Below, in pieces: positions 39,911 through 50,995 of a DNA stretch of 64,000 nt. The stretch is from Eubacteriales bacterium. Its GTDB lineage: Bacteria; Bacillota; Clostridia; Oscillospirales; CAG-272. Within the stretch, counting starts at the first letter, position 1. Each line of letters opens with the position of its first letter. The stretch is taken from NCBI GenBank assembly GCA_045651165.1, contig JAZRRX010000058.1:3879-67878 (forward strand), given 5' to 3'. Position numbers and translations under genes: made by a program. A model generated the notes under the pieces. The model made no database searches. It had not been told where the DNA came from and saw only the letters and a list, made by a program, of their open reading frames with translations.

Positions 39911-40717
39911 TTACCAGTCATATTTTTCGTCAATAATTTCGTCGATATATTCTTCTTCGTATTCTTCGTAATATTCGTCAATATCTTTGAGCTTTTCTCT
40001 AAGTGGCTTTCTTCTTCTTCTCTCATCGAGAATTTCGGGAAGATACCAATAAACGATATAGCCGAAAAGCAACGGCAATACCAAAATCATATACCAATAT
40101 GGTGATGGGATGATAGCATAGAAGAAATTCAAAATTTCAGAAGTGGGTGCGAGTGTTGACATATAGTTTGCACCATCACTAACTGACCAACCATTCATAG
40201 AATTTATAACCAAATTTAATATGTGTACTACTGTGAACACGAAAATTGTTAAAAGTATAATCGATTTTGCAATTTTTGTATATCTATGAACAAGTTCTAA
40301 TTCGAAAAGCAAAATCGGAATGCCTGCGCTAAGCACGTGCATCATAAAATAAGTTATAAATTCAACAGAGAATACCTTAATATCTGCCATGGCTGTATTG
40401 AATACCAAGGCAATAATTGAGCCTGACGACCAAATGAGAAGGAGGTTACAAATTCTTTTGCCTCTTGTAAGAACAGCAAAGGGGAGAATAAGTGTGCTCA
40501 TCGCCCAGAAACTCAAGGGGAGGTTTTTAAAGATATCCGCACCGCTTGAGATTAATCCGTAAACAACGTAACCCGCGCCGAATAAGGATAATGTGAACAA
40601 AGACAAAATCTGTATACTTCTCGTTTTTCTTCTGAGAATGAAATATATTATTATATTGATAGCAACTGCAAGCGCGAGCGTTATCAAATGTACTGTACCA
40701 AATGAGCCCCAAGTCAT
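39911..40717 (-). CDS. YwaF-like integral membrane protein with an acidic C-terminal tail
   Basis: FGTVHLITL, NLPLSF, ANYMSTL..P; about six TM helices; GGAGG RBS. Confidence 0.6.
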   Translation of the reverse strand: MTWGSFGTVHLITLALAVAINIIIYFILRRKTRSIQILSLFTLSLFGAGYVVYGLISSGADIFKNLPLSFWAMSTLILPFAVLTRGKRICNLLLIWSSGSIIALVFNTAMADIKVFSVEFITYFMMHVLSAGIPILLFELELVHRYTKIAKSIILLTIFVFTVVHILNLVINSMNGWSVSDGANYMSTLAPTSEILNFFYAIIPSPYWYMILVLPLLFGYIVYWYLPEILDERRRRKPLREKLKDIDEYYEEYEEEYIDEIIDEKYDW

Positions 40718-40940
40718 ACTAAACCCTCCTTAAGAATACTATATACTCAACAAAATAATACATATTAAGCATACAAAAATATGATAGCATAAAAAAGTGA
40801 TTTTGTCAATATCGATAAAAAATTTATTAAATAATAACGAAAAAATATGACTAAAGTGTCAAAAAGTGTGCAAAATTACATTTTGAGGGGTGCGAGTGCT
40901 AAAAATCAATTGTAATTGAGAAAAAAATCTTAAAAAACTC

Positions 40941-40969
40941 TTGACAAAGTCATAGAAAAGTGGTAAATT
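40941..40969 (+). promoter_or_regulatory. SigA promoter of the dnaK operon
   Basis: TTGACA, 17 bp, TGgTAAATT. Confidence 0.75.
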
Positions 40970-40980
40970 AGTATCAGAAA

Positions 40981-41007
40981 TTAGCACTTGACACACAGGA
41001 GTGCTAA
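40981..41007 (+). promoter_or_regulatory. CIRCE element (HrcA operator)
   Basis: TTAGCACTT-N9-GAGTGCTAA, one mismatch to the consensus, directly upstream of hrcA. Confidence 0.92.
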
Positions 41008-41031
41008 AAATTTAGAAAGTGAGGAAGTAAA

Positions 41032-42117
41032 ATGAGCCAATTTGACAGGGAATTAAGCGAAAGAAAAAAACAAATACTTAAAGCGGTCGTTGAAGCTCAC
41101 ATTGCCGCGGGTGAACCGGTCGGTTCAAAATTTCTCGTGCAGAGCAATTCACTTTCTTGCTCATCTGCCACGATAAGAAATGAAATGGCAGAGCTTGAGG
41201 AGATGGGTTACCTTGAACAACCCCACACATCGGCAGGACGTGTTCCAAGTGAGCTAGGTTACAGATTTTACGTTGACTCACTTCTTCAGCACTACGCGAT
41301 GACAAATAAGGAGATTGACCAAATTAATTCCTTATTAAAAATAAAGATGGGTGAGCTTGATAAAATTCTTGAGGTGGCGTCAAAGGTTGCATCAAACATT
41401 ACCAATTACACGGGTATTGCGATAAAACCCAAGCAAAGCTCAATAAAAATTTTGAAATATGAGATAGTTGGCATCGACAAGCATCAGTTTGCTATCGTTA
41501 TGATACTTTCAACGGGTGCTATAAAAACAAAGAAGGTTAAAATACCGATTGAGGTTGATGAGTTTTCACTCTCCCACCTCTCGGGCGCACTTAATGCTTA
41601 TCTTACAGGACTTTGTGCAGATGAAATTACTCTTACGTCCGTTATGAATCTTGAAAGGGCAATGGGAGATAATTCGATTTTGGTTAATGCCACAATCAAG
41701 GCAATATACGATACTATGAGTTCATTTGATGGTGGTGAACTTCACTATAGTGGACTCAATCATCTTTTGCAGTATCCCGAATATTCTGATGTGAATAAAT
41801 TCGGTGAAATAATAAATACATTTGAAGAGAAGGATCAGTTACTTGAACTTGTTTCAGGAAGCAATGCGGACGATATCAACGTGCTTATCGGCTCTGAAAA
41901 CAGTGTTAAGGTTATGAGCGACTCTGCCATCGTATTTAAGCAAATTAAAAAGGACGGAAAAACAATCGGTGCTATCGGAGTTGTGGGTCCAAGACGAATG
42001 GACTATGCAAGAGTTTTGGCAACTCTCAACGAACTTAGTGAAAACATTACCGACCTTATAGAAGATAGAAGATTATTAGGAGAAAACGGAGGAGATAGCG
42101 GTGCAGGAAGAAATTAA
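41032..42117 (+). CDS. hrcA: Heat-inducible transcription repressor
   Basis: EPVGSK, SSATIRNEMAELEEMGYLEQPHTSAGRVPS, GVVGPRRMDY. Confidence 0.96.
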   Translation: MSQFDRELSERKKQILKAVVEAHIAAGEPVGSKFLVQSNSLSCSSATIRNEMAELEEMGYLEQPHTSAGRVPSELGYRFYVDSLLQHYAMTNKEIDQINSLLKIKMGELDKILEVASKVASNITNYTGIAIKPKQSSIKILKYEIVGIDKHQFAIVMILSTGAIKTKKVKIPIEVDEFSLSHLSGALNAYLTGLCADEITLTSVMNLERAMGDNSILVNATIKAIYDTMSSFDGGELHYSGLNHLLQYPEYSDVNKFGEIINTFEEKDQLLELVSGSNADDINVLIGSENSVKVMSDSAIVFKQIKKDGKTIGAIGVVGPRRMDYARVLATLNELSENITDLIEDRRLLGENGGDSGAGRN

Positions 42118-42649
42118 GGATACTGAAACAGTTGAAGAAACTGTAGAAGTTGAAGAAACAAAAAAAGAAAAGAAGAAAAACAAAAAGGCAGAGGCAGAAA
42201 TTGCCGATCTTAAGGAAATTATACTCTCTAAAGAGCAAGAAATTGCAGAACTTAACGACAAGTATATGCGTCTTTATGCAGAATACGATAACTTCCGTCG
42301 CAGAAGCGCGAAGGAAAGAGAAAGCATCTATTTCGATGCAAAGAGTGATACACTTAAGAATATTCTCCCCATTCTTGATAATATGGAGAGAGCAACTGCT
42401 TTTACCGAAGCAGACAAGATTCTTGAGGGAATGAATTTAATTCTTAAAAGCTTTAACGAAAATTTCTCTAAAATGGACGTTAAAGAAATTGAAGCTCTTG
42501 GAAAAACATTTGACCCCAACGTTCACTATGCAGTTATGCATATAGAAGATGAAAGCTATGGAGAAAACGAAGTAGTTGAAGTTCTTCAAAAGGGTTATAT
42601 CTGTGGTGATAAGGTCATAAGATACGCAATGGTAAAGGTTGCAAACTAA
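42101..42649 (+). CDS. grpE: Nucleotide exchange factor GrpE (GTG start)
   Basis: AEYDNFRRR, LPILDNMERA, FDPNVHYAV, QKGY...IRYAMVKV. Confidence 0.95.
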   Translation: MQEEIKDTETVEETVEVEETKKEKKKNKKAEAEIADLKEIILSKEQEIAELNDKYMRLYAEYDNFRRRSAKERESIYFDAKSDTLKNILPILDNMERATAFTEADKILEGMNLILKSFNENFSKMDVKEIEALGKTFDPNVHYAVMHIEDESYGENEVVEVLQKGYICGDKVIRYAMVKVAN

Positions 42650-42693
42650 ATTAGTTAAAAATTTTATTTATTATATTTGGAGGAAAAATTATT

Positions 42694-44526
42694 ATGGGAA
42701 AAATTATTGGTATTGACTTAGGAACAACAAACTCTTGTGTTGCAGTTTTTGAGGGTGGTGAGCCCGTTGTTATCCCTAATCCCGAGGGAGCAAGAACTAC
42801 ACCTTCTGTTGTAGCATTTACAAAAACAGGTGAAAGAATTATCGGTCAGGTTGCAAAGCGTCAGGCTATTACAAACCCCGAAAAGACAATTATGAGTATT
42901 AAGCGCCATATGGGTAGCGATTACAAAGTGAATATTGACGGCAAGTCATACACTCCTCAGGAAATCTCTGCTATGACACTTCAGAAGCTCAAAGCAGACG
43001 CTGAGGCATATCTTGGTGCGCCCGTAACTGAAGCGGTTATCACAGTTCCTGCATACTTTAGTGATGCTCAGCGTCAGGCTACAAAGGACGCAGGTAAGAT
43101 TGCAGGTCTTGAAGTTAAGAGAATTATCAACGAGCCCACAGCAGCTGCTTTGGCTTATGGTATTGATAAAGAGAACGACCAGAAGGTTATGGTATTCGAC
43201 CTTGGTGGTGGTACATTCGACGTATCCATTCTTGAAATTTCTGACGGTGTATTCGAAGTTCTTGCAACAAACGGTGACACAATGCTCGGTGGTGACGACT
43301 TTGACCAGCGCCTTATTGAATGGATGGTTAAGAAGTTCCAGACAGAAAACGGTGTTGACCTCAGAAGTGATAAGATGGTAATGCAGCGTCTTAAGGAAGC
43401 TGCTGAAAAGGCAAAGATTGAGCTTTCAGGTATGACAAGCACAAATATCAACTTGCCCTTCATCACAGCTACAGCTGCAGGCCCTCTCCACTTTGACGCA
43501 ACTCTTACAAGAGCTGAATTCGATAGAATTACAAGCGACCTTGTAGATAGATCCATTGTGCCCACAAAGAAGGCACTTGCTGACGCAGGTCTTTCTGTAA
43601 GCCAGATTGACAAGGTACTCCTTGTTGGTGGTTCAACAAGAATTCCCGCAGTTCAGGAAGCAGTTAAGAAGCTTATCGGCAAAGAGCCATTCAAGGGAAT
43701 CAACCCCGACGAATGCGTAGCTGTTGGTGCTGCTATTCAAGCAGGTGTACTTGGTGGTGACGTAAAAGACCTTCTTCTTCTCGACGTTACACCTCTTTCA
43801 CTTGGTATCGAAACACTCGGTGGTGTATTCAATAGAATTATTGATAGAAACACAACAATTCCTGTAAAGAAGAGCCAGATTTATTCAACTGCTGCTGACG
43901 GTCAGACATCGGTTGAAATTCACATTCTTCAGGGTGAACGCGAAATGGCTGCTGGTAACACAACTCTTGGTAGATTCCACCTTGACGGAATTCCTGCAGC
44001 TCCCAGAGGAGTTCCTCAGATTGAGGTTACATTCGACATTGACGCTAACGGTATCGTTAACGTAAGCGCATGTGATAAGGGTACAGGCAAGCAGACAAAT
44101 ATTACAATCACTTCTTCAACAAATATGAGTCAGGAAGATATCGATAGAGCAGTTCGTGATGCTGAAAGATTTGCAGAAGAAGATAAAAAGCAGAAGGAAG
44201 CAGTTGACGTGAAGAACCACGCTGATACACTTATTTTCCAGAGTGAAAAGACACTTGCAGAAATCGGTGATAAGCTCCCTGAGTCCGACCTTGCAGACGT
44301 TAAAGCAGGTATTGAAAAGCTTAAAGAAACTGTTAAGAGCAACGATACTGAGGCAATTAAGAGAGATACAGAAGCACTTCAACAGGCATTCTATGCTGTG
44401 TCTGAAAAGCTTTATAAACAGTCCGGCGCACAGGGTAACCCCGGTGCTGACTTTGGTGGCGCACAGGGTGATGCTGACAACGGCACGTACTATGACGCAG
44501 GTTTTGAAGATAAGACAAATCAGTAA
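42694..44526 (+). CDS. dnaK: Chaperone DnaK
   Basis: [40 protein letters not shown]. Confidence 0.98.
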   Translation: MGKIIGIDLGTTNSCVAVFEGGEPVVIPNPEGARTTPSVVAFTKTGERIIGQVAKRQAITNPEKTIMSIKRHMGSDYKVNIDGKSYTPQEISAMTLQKLKADAEAYLGAPVTEAVITVPAYFSDAQRQATKDAGKIAGLEVKRIINEPTAAALAYGIDKENDQKVMVFDLGGGTFDVSILEISDGVFEVLATNGDTMLGGDDFDQRLIEWMVKKFQTENGVDLRSDKMVMQRLKEAAEKAKIELSGMTSTNINLPFITATAAGPLHFDATLTRAEFDRITSDLVDRSIVPTKKALADAGLSVSQIDKVLLVGGSTRIPAVQEAVKKLIGKEPFKGINPDECVAVGAAIQAGVLGGDVKDLLLLDVTPLSLGIETLGGVFNRIIDRNTTIPVKKSQIYSTAADGQTSVEIHILQGEREMAAGNTTLGRFHLDGIPAAPRGVPQIEVTFDIDANGIVNVSACDKGTGKQTNITITSSTNMSQEDIDRAVRDAERFAEEDKKQKEAVDVKNHADTLIFQSEKTLAEIGDKLPESDLADVKAGIEKLKETVKSNDTEAIKRDTEALQQAFYAVSEKLYKQSGAQGNPGADFGGAQGDADNGTYYDAGFEDKTNQ

Positions 44527-44545
44527 AATCAATTAAATTTAGGCA

Positions 44546-44571
44546 AGGAAAGGGCAAAAACGCCCTTTCCT
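44546..44571 (+). other. Intercistronic hairpin dnaK-dnaJ (attenuating or mRNA-stabilising)
   Basis: AGGAAAGGGC-AAAAAC-GCCCTTTCCT with no U tract. Confidence 0.55.
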
Positions 44572-44597
44572 ATGTCCGTTTATAAAGAGAGATAAAA

Positions 44598-45746
44598 ATG
44601 GCAGATAAGAGAGATTATTATGAGGTCTTGGGGCTTAATAAGGGCGCTGACGAGGCTTCAATAAAAAAAGCATATAGAACTCTTGCAAAGAAATATCATC
44701 CCGATATGAATCCCGGAAATGCCGAGGCAGAGCAGAAGTTCAAAGAGGTTAATGAGGCATATAGCGTGCTTTCTGACTCCGAGAAAAAGGCTCAATATGA
44801 CCAATTCGGCCACGCGGCATTCGAACAGGGTGGTGGAGGATACGGTGGATACGGCGGATTCTCTGATTTCGGAGATATTGGTGATATCTTTAGTAGTTTC
44901 TTTGGTGGAGGATTTGGTGGTGGCTTTGGTGGTTCGTCATCAAGCAGAAGAAACGCTCCTCAAAGAGGTGAAGATATTGGTGTTCACATTACTCTAACAT
45001 TTGAAGAAGCGGCTTTTGGCGTAAAGAAGGATATTTCCTATAAGAGAATACAAAAATGCGATGAATGTCATGGTTCGGGTGCTTCAAAGGGAACACAGGC
45101 AGAAACCTGCTCACATTGTAACGGTACAGGTCAAAGACGCGTTATGCAGAGAATGGGTGGAATGCAGTTCCAGACAACTGTTACTTGTGATTCTTGTCGC
45201 GGAACGGGTAAGATTATCAAAAATCCTTGCTCCAACTGTAGTGGAACGGGTTATGTTCGCATTATGAAGACACTTTCAGTTGACATTCCTGCGGGAATTG
45301 ACAACGGAGAGAGAATTGCGCTTCGTGGCCAAGGTTCTGACGGCAGAAATGGTGGCCCTGCAGGAGATTTGATAATTACTGTTAGCATCAAGCCCCATAA
45401 GATATTCAAGCGCGAAAGATACAATGTTTATTGTGATGTGCCGATTACTGTTGCAGAAGCAACTCTTGGCGCAGAGATTACAATTCCTTTGCTCGATGGT
45501 GAGCAGAAATATGAAATTCCAGATGGCACACAACCAGGGACTCAGTTCACTCTCAAGGGAAAGGGAATACAGTACCTTAATTATCCCAATCGTAAGGGTG
45601 ATTTGATATTTACTACTGTTGTTGAGATTCCTAAAGGACTCTCTCAAAAGCAGAAAGACCACATGCGCGCATTTGCCGATTCTTGTGGTGAGAACAATTA
45701 CAAAAAGAGAACTAACTTCTTTAAAAATATTTTTGACAAAAAATAA
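44598..45746 (+). CDS. dnaJ: Chaperone DnaJ
   Basis: HPD motif, G/F-rich region, four CxxCxGxG repeats. Confidence 0.98.
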   Translation: MADKRDYYEVLGLNKGADEASIKKAYRTLAKKYHPDMNPGNAEAEQKFKEVNEAYSVLSDSEKKAQYDQFGHAAFEQGGGGYGGYGGFSDFGDIGDIFSSFFGGGFGGGFGGSSSSRRNAPQRGEDIGVHITLTFEEAAFGVKKDISYKRIQKCDECHGSGASKGTQAETCSHCNGTGQRRVMQRMGGMQFQTTVTCDSCRGTGKIIKNPCSNCSGTGYVRIMKTLSVDIPAGIDNGERIALRGQGSDGRNGGPAGDLIITVSIKPHKIFKRERYNVYCDVPITVAEATLGAEITIPLLDGEQKYEIPDGTQPGTQFTLKGKGIQYLNYPNRKGDLIFTTVVEIPKGLSQKQKDHMRAFADSCGENNYKKRTNFFKNIFDKK

Positions 45747-45761
45747 GGAACGGAGAATATT

Positions 45762-46721
45762 ATGACAGATCCCGATTACATCTGTGGTGAAACTACCGAA
45801 ATACAGGATTGGACACAAATTAAGGTTACTGTAAAACTTGAGGAGCTTGATACTGCAATGGCAGTTATGAGCGTGCTTGATAATAATCTTATGGTTGAGG
45901 ACTATTCCGATATCGACCTTAAGACATGCTATGGCGACCTTATTGACGAGAGTATACTTAACGCGGACAAGACCGTGGCATCTGTTTCACTCTTTTTGCC
46001 CGCAGATCAAAACTATAATATGGCAATTTCTTTCATTCGCGAACGACTTGAGAGTGAGGGAGTTACTCCTAAAATTGAAATCGTTGGCGTAAATGTTGAG
46101 GACTGGGCAAATTCTTGGAAGAAGTATTATACCACGCTCCATATTGGAAAGAGAACAGTTATTGTTCCTATGTGGGAAGAATATGAGGCAAAAGAAAATG
46201 AAATCGTTGTTAAAATGGACCCAGGTATGGCATTTGGCACGGGCTCACATGAAACAACACGTCTTGTTATCGAATTGCTTGAAAAGTACACAAAACAGGG
46301 AGTTAGAATGCTTGACGTTGGTTGTGGAAGCGGTATTCTTGCAATTTGCGCATCAAAGCTTGGCGCAGGTGAGTGCAAGGCATATGATATCGACCCCATT
46401 GCAGTTAAGGTTGCTAACGAGAACATAGCCGAAAGTGGTCAAGAGAATATTACTTGTGAGGTTTCTGACCTTTTAAAGCAGGTTGACCTTGACGGTGGCA
46501 AATATGATCTCATTTGTGCTAACATCGTTGCCGACATCATTATAAGAATGACACCCGACATCGGTAGATTTATGAAGGACGATTGTGTTCTTCTTTGCTC
46601 GGGCATTATTCGTGAAAGAGCAGATGATGTTATATCAAAGCTTAATGAATATGCGCTTAAAGTCGTTGAAAGAATTGACGATAACGGCTGGTGCGCCCTC
46701 GCTGTTATGAAGAACAAATAA
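45762..46721 (+). CDS. prmA: Ribosomal protein L11 methyltransferase
   Basis: DPGMAFGTGSHETT, LDVGCGSGILA, ANIVADII. Confidence 0.95.
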   Translation: MTDPDYICGETTEIQDWTQIKVTVKLEELDTAMAVMSVLDNNLMVEDYSDIDLKTCYGDLIDESILNADKTVASVSLFLPADQNYNMAISFIRERLESEGVTPKIEIVGVNVEDWANSWKKYYTTLHIGKRTVIVPMWEEYEAKENEIVVKMDPGMAFGTGSHETTRLVIELLEKYTKQGVRMLDVGCGSGILAICASKLGAGECKAYDIDPIAVKVANENIAESGQENITCEVSDLLKQVDLDGGKYDLICANIVADIIIRMTPDIGRFMKDDCVLLCSGIIRERADDVISKLNEYALKVVERIDDNGWCALAVMKNK

Positions 46722-46728
46722 AGCAAAT

Positions 46729-46758
46729 AAAAAAGAGGAGCCGGAGCTCCTCTTTTTT
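46729..46758. terminator. Bidirectional terminator
   Basis: AAAAAAGAGGAGC-CGGA-GCTCCTCTTTTTT. Confidence 0.82.
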
Positions 46759-47914
46759 ATTTATCGCACAACTCATCTGCCATTTTGCTAAGTTGCGAGA
46801 TGTTTTCATTATTTGGGGTAGAACGAATGGTGCATAATGTGTTAAGGTAGTTGATGTTTTTGCACTCGGAGAGCATATTTTTCATTACTCTTTGCGCAGT
46901 GGGTGCCCAACTTCCGTTTTCGATGAATCCCACTGTGCGATTTTGAAAGTTTCTCTCTCTTAAATGGTATAAAAAATGTCGCATATATGGAAAAACACCC
47001 GAATTATACGTCGTTGTTGCCAATACAAGTTTACTATATCTAAATGCGCTTGCGACCGCCTCTGACCACTCGACGCGTGATAGGTCTAGTGTGATAACCT
47101 TGTTGCATCCTCTTGCCCGAAGCATTTCATAGAGCATCATAACGGCTTTCTTTGTATTGCCGTAAATTGAGGTGTAGGCAATAACTATGCCGTCCTCCTC
47201 GGGTGCATAGCTCGACCAAATTCGATATTTGTCGATATAGTGGTCGATATTTTCATCAAGCACGAAGCCGTGGAGTGGGCAAATCGTTGAAATTTCGAAT
47301 TTTGTTGCCCTTGAGAGCGCATTTTGAACCTGAACACCGTATTTTCCAACGATGCCGAAGTAATATCTCCTTGCTTCGTCGTCCCATACATCATCCAAAT
47401 CAAGTGCTCCGAATTTACCGAACGCATCGGCAGAGAAGAGAATTTTTTCATAGCTTTCGTAAGTAAATATAACCTCTGGCCAATGTACCATTGGAGCAAA
47501 AATAAATGTCAAGTTGTGTTTACCGAGGGAGAGGGCTGAACCATTTTCAATTAGCATCTTTTTGCCGTTGTCAATGCCACAAAAAAAGTTGTCCATTATG
47601 GCAAAAGCCTTGGGACTTGCCACAAGCTTGGCATTGGGATATGCTTTTATAAAGCTGTCAATATTGGCAGAGTGGTCGGGTTCCATATGTTGAACAATGA
47701 GATAATCTGGTGTCCTGCCCTCAAGTGCCTTTTCAAGATTTTCTAACCATTCGTGTGTAAAATTTGCATCAACTGTATCAAAAACGGCTATCTTTTCGTC
47801 AAGAATGACATAGGAATTATAGCTAATTCCGTTTGGCACTGCATATTGACCTTCAAAAAGGTCGATTTTGTGGTCATTTACGCCAACATATTTGATGCTT
47901 TCAGTTATTTTCAT
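46757..47914 (-). CDS. fprA: FprA-type flavodiiron protein
   Basis: QHMEPDHS, HWPE, SADAFG, CPLHG, flavodoxin YTSIYGNTKK; AAGGAG RBS. Confidence 0.88.
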   Translation of the reverse strand: MKITESIKYVGVNDHKIDLFEGQYAVPNGISYNSYVILDEKIAVFDTVDANFTHEWLENLEKALEGRTPDYLIVQHMEPDHSANIDSFIKAYPNAKLVASPKAFAIMDNFFCGIDNGKKMLIENGSALSLGKHNLTFIFAPMVHWPEVIFTYESYEKILFSADAFGKFGALDLDDVWDDEARRYYFGIVGKYGVQVQNALSRATKFEISTICPLHGFVLDENIDHYIDKYRIWSSYAPEEDGIVIAYTSIYGNTKKAVMMLYEMLRARGCNKVITLDLSRVEWSEAVASAFRYSKLVLATTTYNSGVFPYMRHFLYHLRERNFQNRTVGFIENGSWAPTAQRVMKNMLSECKNINYLNTLCTIRSTPNNENISQLSKMADELCDK

Positions 47915-47982
47915 ATTTTCTCCTTTAGAAATATAGGAGGCATTTTTTATCAAAATACCCCCTAAAGTGTATTCAATTATAA

Positions 47983-49185
47983 TTATTTTATCCCAAAAAT
48001 TTCAAGATATTCCTCATAGCAAAGTCCTGTTTGATACATAATTGATGCGACATCAAGTCCAACAAAGCGGTAATGCCATGATTCGTACATATATCCTGTG
48101 ATATTTTCTTTATCCTCTGGATAACGAAGCACAAAACCGTATTTCCAAGCATTTTCTTTAAGCCAAGAGAATGCTTCAGTGGTTTCGAAAATATCGTCAA
48201 CTGCGCCACCGATTGATTTAGTTGAAAAGTCAACGCAAAGTCCTGTTCTATGCTCACTAAATTCGGCTTTTGCTGAGTATTTATTGGCATTAGCCGTGGC
48301 TTGTTCGCGAGAAAGTCCTTTTTCCATTTCTCTTTCAATATACAAATTAAAGAGCATATCTTGATATGAATGAGTGCGATATGCACTTTGAACATGTACG
48401 TCGGTGATGCCATTTTCGTTCATATCGTTTATCATAGCTTCAAGAGCCTGAAGAGCGACATTGTGAAGCTTTATTTTCATATCCTTTCGGCTATATGCCT
48501 CGGGAATAACAACAAGATACGAGGGTTCAAACTCCTCGTCAATGGGATTTTGCTTGTTCAAAAGAGTATATATATATTCATTCTTTGAATTGATGTATTC
48601 AACATATTGTGATATATCAGTTGCATATTCAATTTTAGGATTTTTCTCGATTATATACATATTTTCTGTGCTTTTTGTTACACTTGCAGATTTGTTATCG
48701 GCACTCATTTGAATTCCAAAAAACGAGTCAAGCACAGTTGACAAGGGAATCAAACAATATCCGTTTTTGATTTGTGCCTTTGCAGGCATTTCCTTTTTTA
48801 TGCCGTTGATTGTGGCAATTTTGCTTTCGTTTTCAATGGTGATATAAGTATTATTCACCTTGAAAGTTGCCATGTAATTGGCTTCTTCTTTGGCAATGCC
48901 ACAGTAATTGGCAAGAGCATTCAAATCAATTAGCTGAATATCTCCGTCAAAGCACAAGTCGGTGTTTATACTTTGCTCGTAGTCGCCATATACATAGATA
49001 TATTTACCCTTGCCGGAAGTTTCAATAAGAGCCGACGAGAACAAGAGAATTGATGCCAAAAGCAATGCCGCAAGCGCAGATATTATTAACTTTCTTCTTT
49101 GTGTTTTTTCTATTTGGCTTATCTGTTTATAAAATCCATTACGAATTTTGCTAAAAGCAGATGTTTGTTTATGTTTTTGTTCCAT
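47983..49185 (-). CDS. D-alanyl-D-alanine carboxypeptidase (M15B, VanY-like) with an N-terminal anchor and stalk domain
   Basis: SAYR, SEHRTGLCVD, YGFVLRYP, YESWHYRFVG; N-terminal TM helix. Confidence 0.85.
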   Translation of the reverse strand: MEQKHKQTSAFSKIRNGFYKQISQIEKTQRRKLIISALAALLLASILLFSSALIETSGKGKYIYVYGDYEQSINTDLCFDGDIQLIDLNALANYCGIAKEEANYMATFKVNNTYITIENESKIATINGIKKEMPAKAQIKNGYCLIPLSTVLDSFFGIQMSADNKSASVTKSTENMYIIEKNPKIEYATDISQYVEYINSKNEYIYTLLNKQNPIDEEFEPSYLVVIPEAYSRKDMKIKLHNVALQALEAMINDMNENGITDVHVQSAYRTHSYQDMLFNLYIEREMEKGLSREQATANANKYSAKAEFSEHRTGLCVDFSTKSIGGAVDDIFETTEAFSWLKENAWKYGFVLRYPEDKENITGYMYESWHYRFVGLDVASIMYQTGLCYEEYLEIFGIK

Positions 49186-49194
49186 AGTATTCCT

Positions 49195-49746
49195 TTATTT
49201 TGTTTCAATCATCATAAAATAGGGGGATGTTGCTGAGTTTACAATCTGAACCTTGGTACAGCACACCTTAAAACGAGAGAGAGTTGAGAGATATTCAGTA
49301 ATCTCCTTGCCCTCGGCATCGCCCTCGGGATGTCCCGGGTAAACCGCGATAAGAAGGATTGCATCTTTGCCGAGAAGGTCGATTGCCGCCTCAATTGCGG
49401 GGAGCGTGGTTGCTCTCATTGTGGTGATTGACTTATCCCCACCTGGCAAATAGCCAAGGTTGAACATTCCTGCCTTGATGGACTCTTTAACGTAATTTTT
49501 TACGTTGTGATGTGAGTCGTGAATGAGAGTGTAGTTATTGGGACAACCTGCGCTCTCGAGATTTTTACGAGTGGATTCAACGGCACTTGCCTGAATGTCA
49601 AAGGCATAAACTCTGCCTCTCTCTCCGACTGTTTTGGATAAAAATTCAGTATCGTGACCATTACCCATTGTGAAGTCAACGGCGACGTCACCTTCTTTTA
49701 AATGTTCAAGTATGAATTTTTTATGTAAATCAAGAAGTTCTATCAT
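49195..49746 (-). CDS. Class I SAM methyltransferase (YtqB/MnmM-like)
   Basis: VDFTMGNGHDT, AFDIQ, MFNLGYLPGGDK, YPGHPEG. Confidence 0.82.
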   Translation of the reverse strand: MIELLDLHKKFILEHLKEGDVAVDFTMGNGHDTEFLSKTVGERGRVYAFDIQASAVESTRKNLESAGCPNNYTLIHDSHHNVKNYVKESIKAGMFNLGYLPGGDKSITTMRATTLPAIEAAIDLLGKDAILLIAVYPGHPEGDAEGKEITEYLSTLSRFKVCCTKVQIVNSATSPYFMMIETK

Positions 49747-49860
49747 TATTATTGACGTATCCTTTACAAAATTATTGCAAATTGAAAAATTATGTGCTAC
49801 AATAATTATATAATATTTTATTGATTAAAGCAAGATATTTTTTGCAGAATTGGAAGAAAA

Positions 49861-50757
49861 ATGAGTAAATTTTTTAAATGTATAAAAACTGAATATGAAG
49901 GTGAGTTGCCTTTTGTTCGAGTAAGATATGATGGCGTGTATAACCTTGCCCAAACGCTTGATTGTGGTCAGTGTTTTAGATGGGAAAAGTTAGGGAACGA
50001 TGAGTGGCTTGGAGTCGCTTTAGGACGCCTAATTTCCGTTAAACAAGAGGGTGAAGAACTTGTGATATATAATTGCACTAAAGAGGATTTTGAAGGCATC
50101 TTAGCGCATTATTTTGCGCTCGATGAGGACTACGAAGCCATTGACAATGAGCTTTTGGCTAATTGTCAAAATCCCACTTTTGTTAAGGCACTTGAATGTG
50201 GAAAGGGTATTAGAATTTTGCATCAGGATGCTTGGGAAAGTGTTTGTTCGTTCATAATTTCACAGAATAATAACATTCCAAGAATTAAGAAGATAATTGA
50301 TGCGCTCTCGTTTGCCCTTGGTAAGCAGATTGACGCGACTAATATGGAAAATCACGGCGCAAAGGGCAGGGAGTTTTACTCTTTTCCAACTGCAGAAGCA
50401 ATTTTGGAAGCAGGAGAAGAGTTTATTTTCTCACTCAAGACGGGATTTCGCGCAAAATACATAATTGACGCGGCGGGGAAGTGGTGTGATGGAACGATAA
50501 ATGAGGAAGAATTGAAGCAAATTGAAGCACTTGAAGAAGCGCTTGCATACCTTTGCAGAGTAAAGGGAATTGGCTTAAAGGTGGCTTCGTGTGCGCTTCT
50601 TTTCGGCTTTGAAAGACACGACCCATTTCCCGTGGACGTGTGGATGAAGCGCGTGCTTGATAAATATTTTGAAAAGGATTTTAATCCATCAACCTTCGGT
50701 AAATACGCAGGTGTGGCACAGCAATATTTATTCGATTACGAGAGGAATAATGGATAG
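49861..50757 (+). CDS. 8-oxoguanine DNA glycosylase (Ogg-type)
   Basis: TLDCGQCFRW, FIISQNNNIPRI, KGIGLKVASC, FPVDVWMKR, YAGVAQQYLF. Confidence 0.9.
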   Translation: MSKFFKCIKTEYEGELPFVRVRYDGVYNLAQTLDCGQCFRWEKLGNDEWLGVALGRLISVKQEGEELVIYNCTKEDFEGILAHYFALDEDYEAIDNELLANCQNPTFVKALECGKGIRILHQDAWESVCSFIISQNNNIPRIKKIIDALSFALGKQIDATNMENHGAKGREFYSFPTAEAILEAGEEFIFSLKTGFRAKYIIDAAGKWCDGTINEEELKQIEALEEALAYLCRVKGIGLKVASCALLFGFERHDPFPVDVWMKRVLDKYFEKDFNPSTFGKYAGVAQQYLFDYERNNG

Positions 50758-50766
50758 AAAATAGAT

Positions 50767-50927
50767 AAATTGGGATTTAGCTGGGATTTATGATTTTTAA
50801 AACGTAGGGCGGGGGCTTGCTCCCACCGTCCAAAAAGTTAGTAAAATTAAGGGCGGCGGGAGCAAGCCCCCGCCCTACGATGTTTGTGTGATAATTTTAA
50901 TCTTCTCGACAAATCAAAATTTGAAAC
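50767..50927 (-). mobile_element. Non-autonomous element copy B (inverted), with a different REP doublet
   Basis: AAATTGGGATTT at 50767 and AAATCAAAATTTGAAAC at 50911-50927 (reverse complements of the A/D ends); REPs 50804-50828 and 50854-50878 (24/25 inverted). Confidence 0.75.
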
Positions 50928-50995
50928 AAAAGATAGAAAACGTTACACTTTTTTGAAAATTTATTGACTTATATTAATGAAAGGAAGTGAATTTT

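Noticed and set aside
38023-40717. Genomic island integrated at tRNA-Ile2
   Set aside because: No integrase, no duplicated tRNA 3' end, and no obvious compositional shift.
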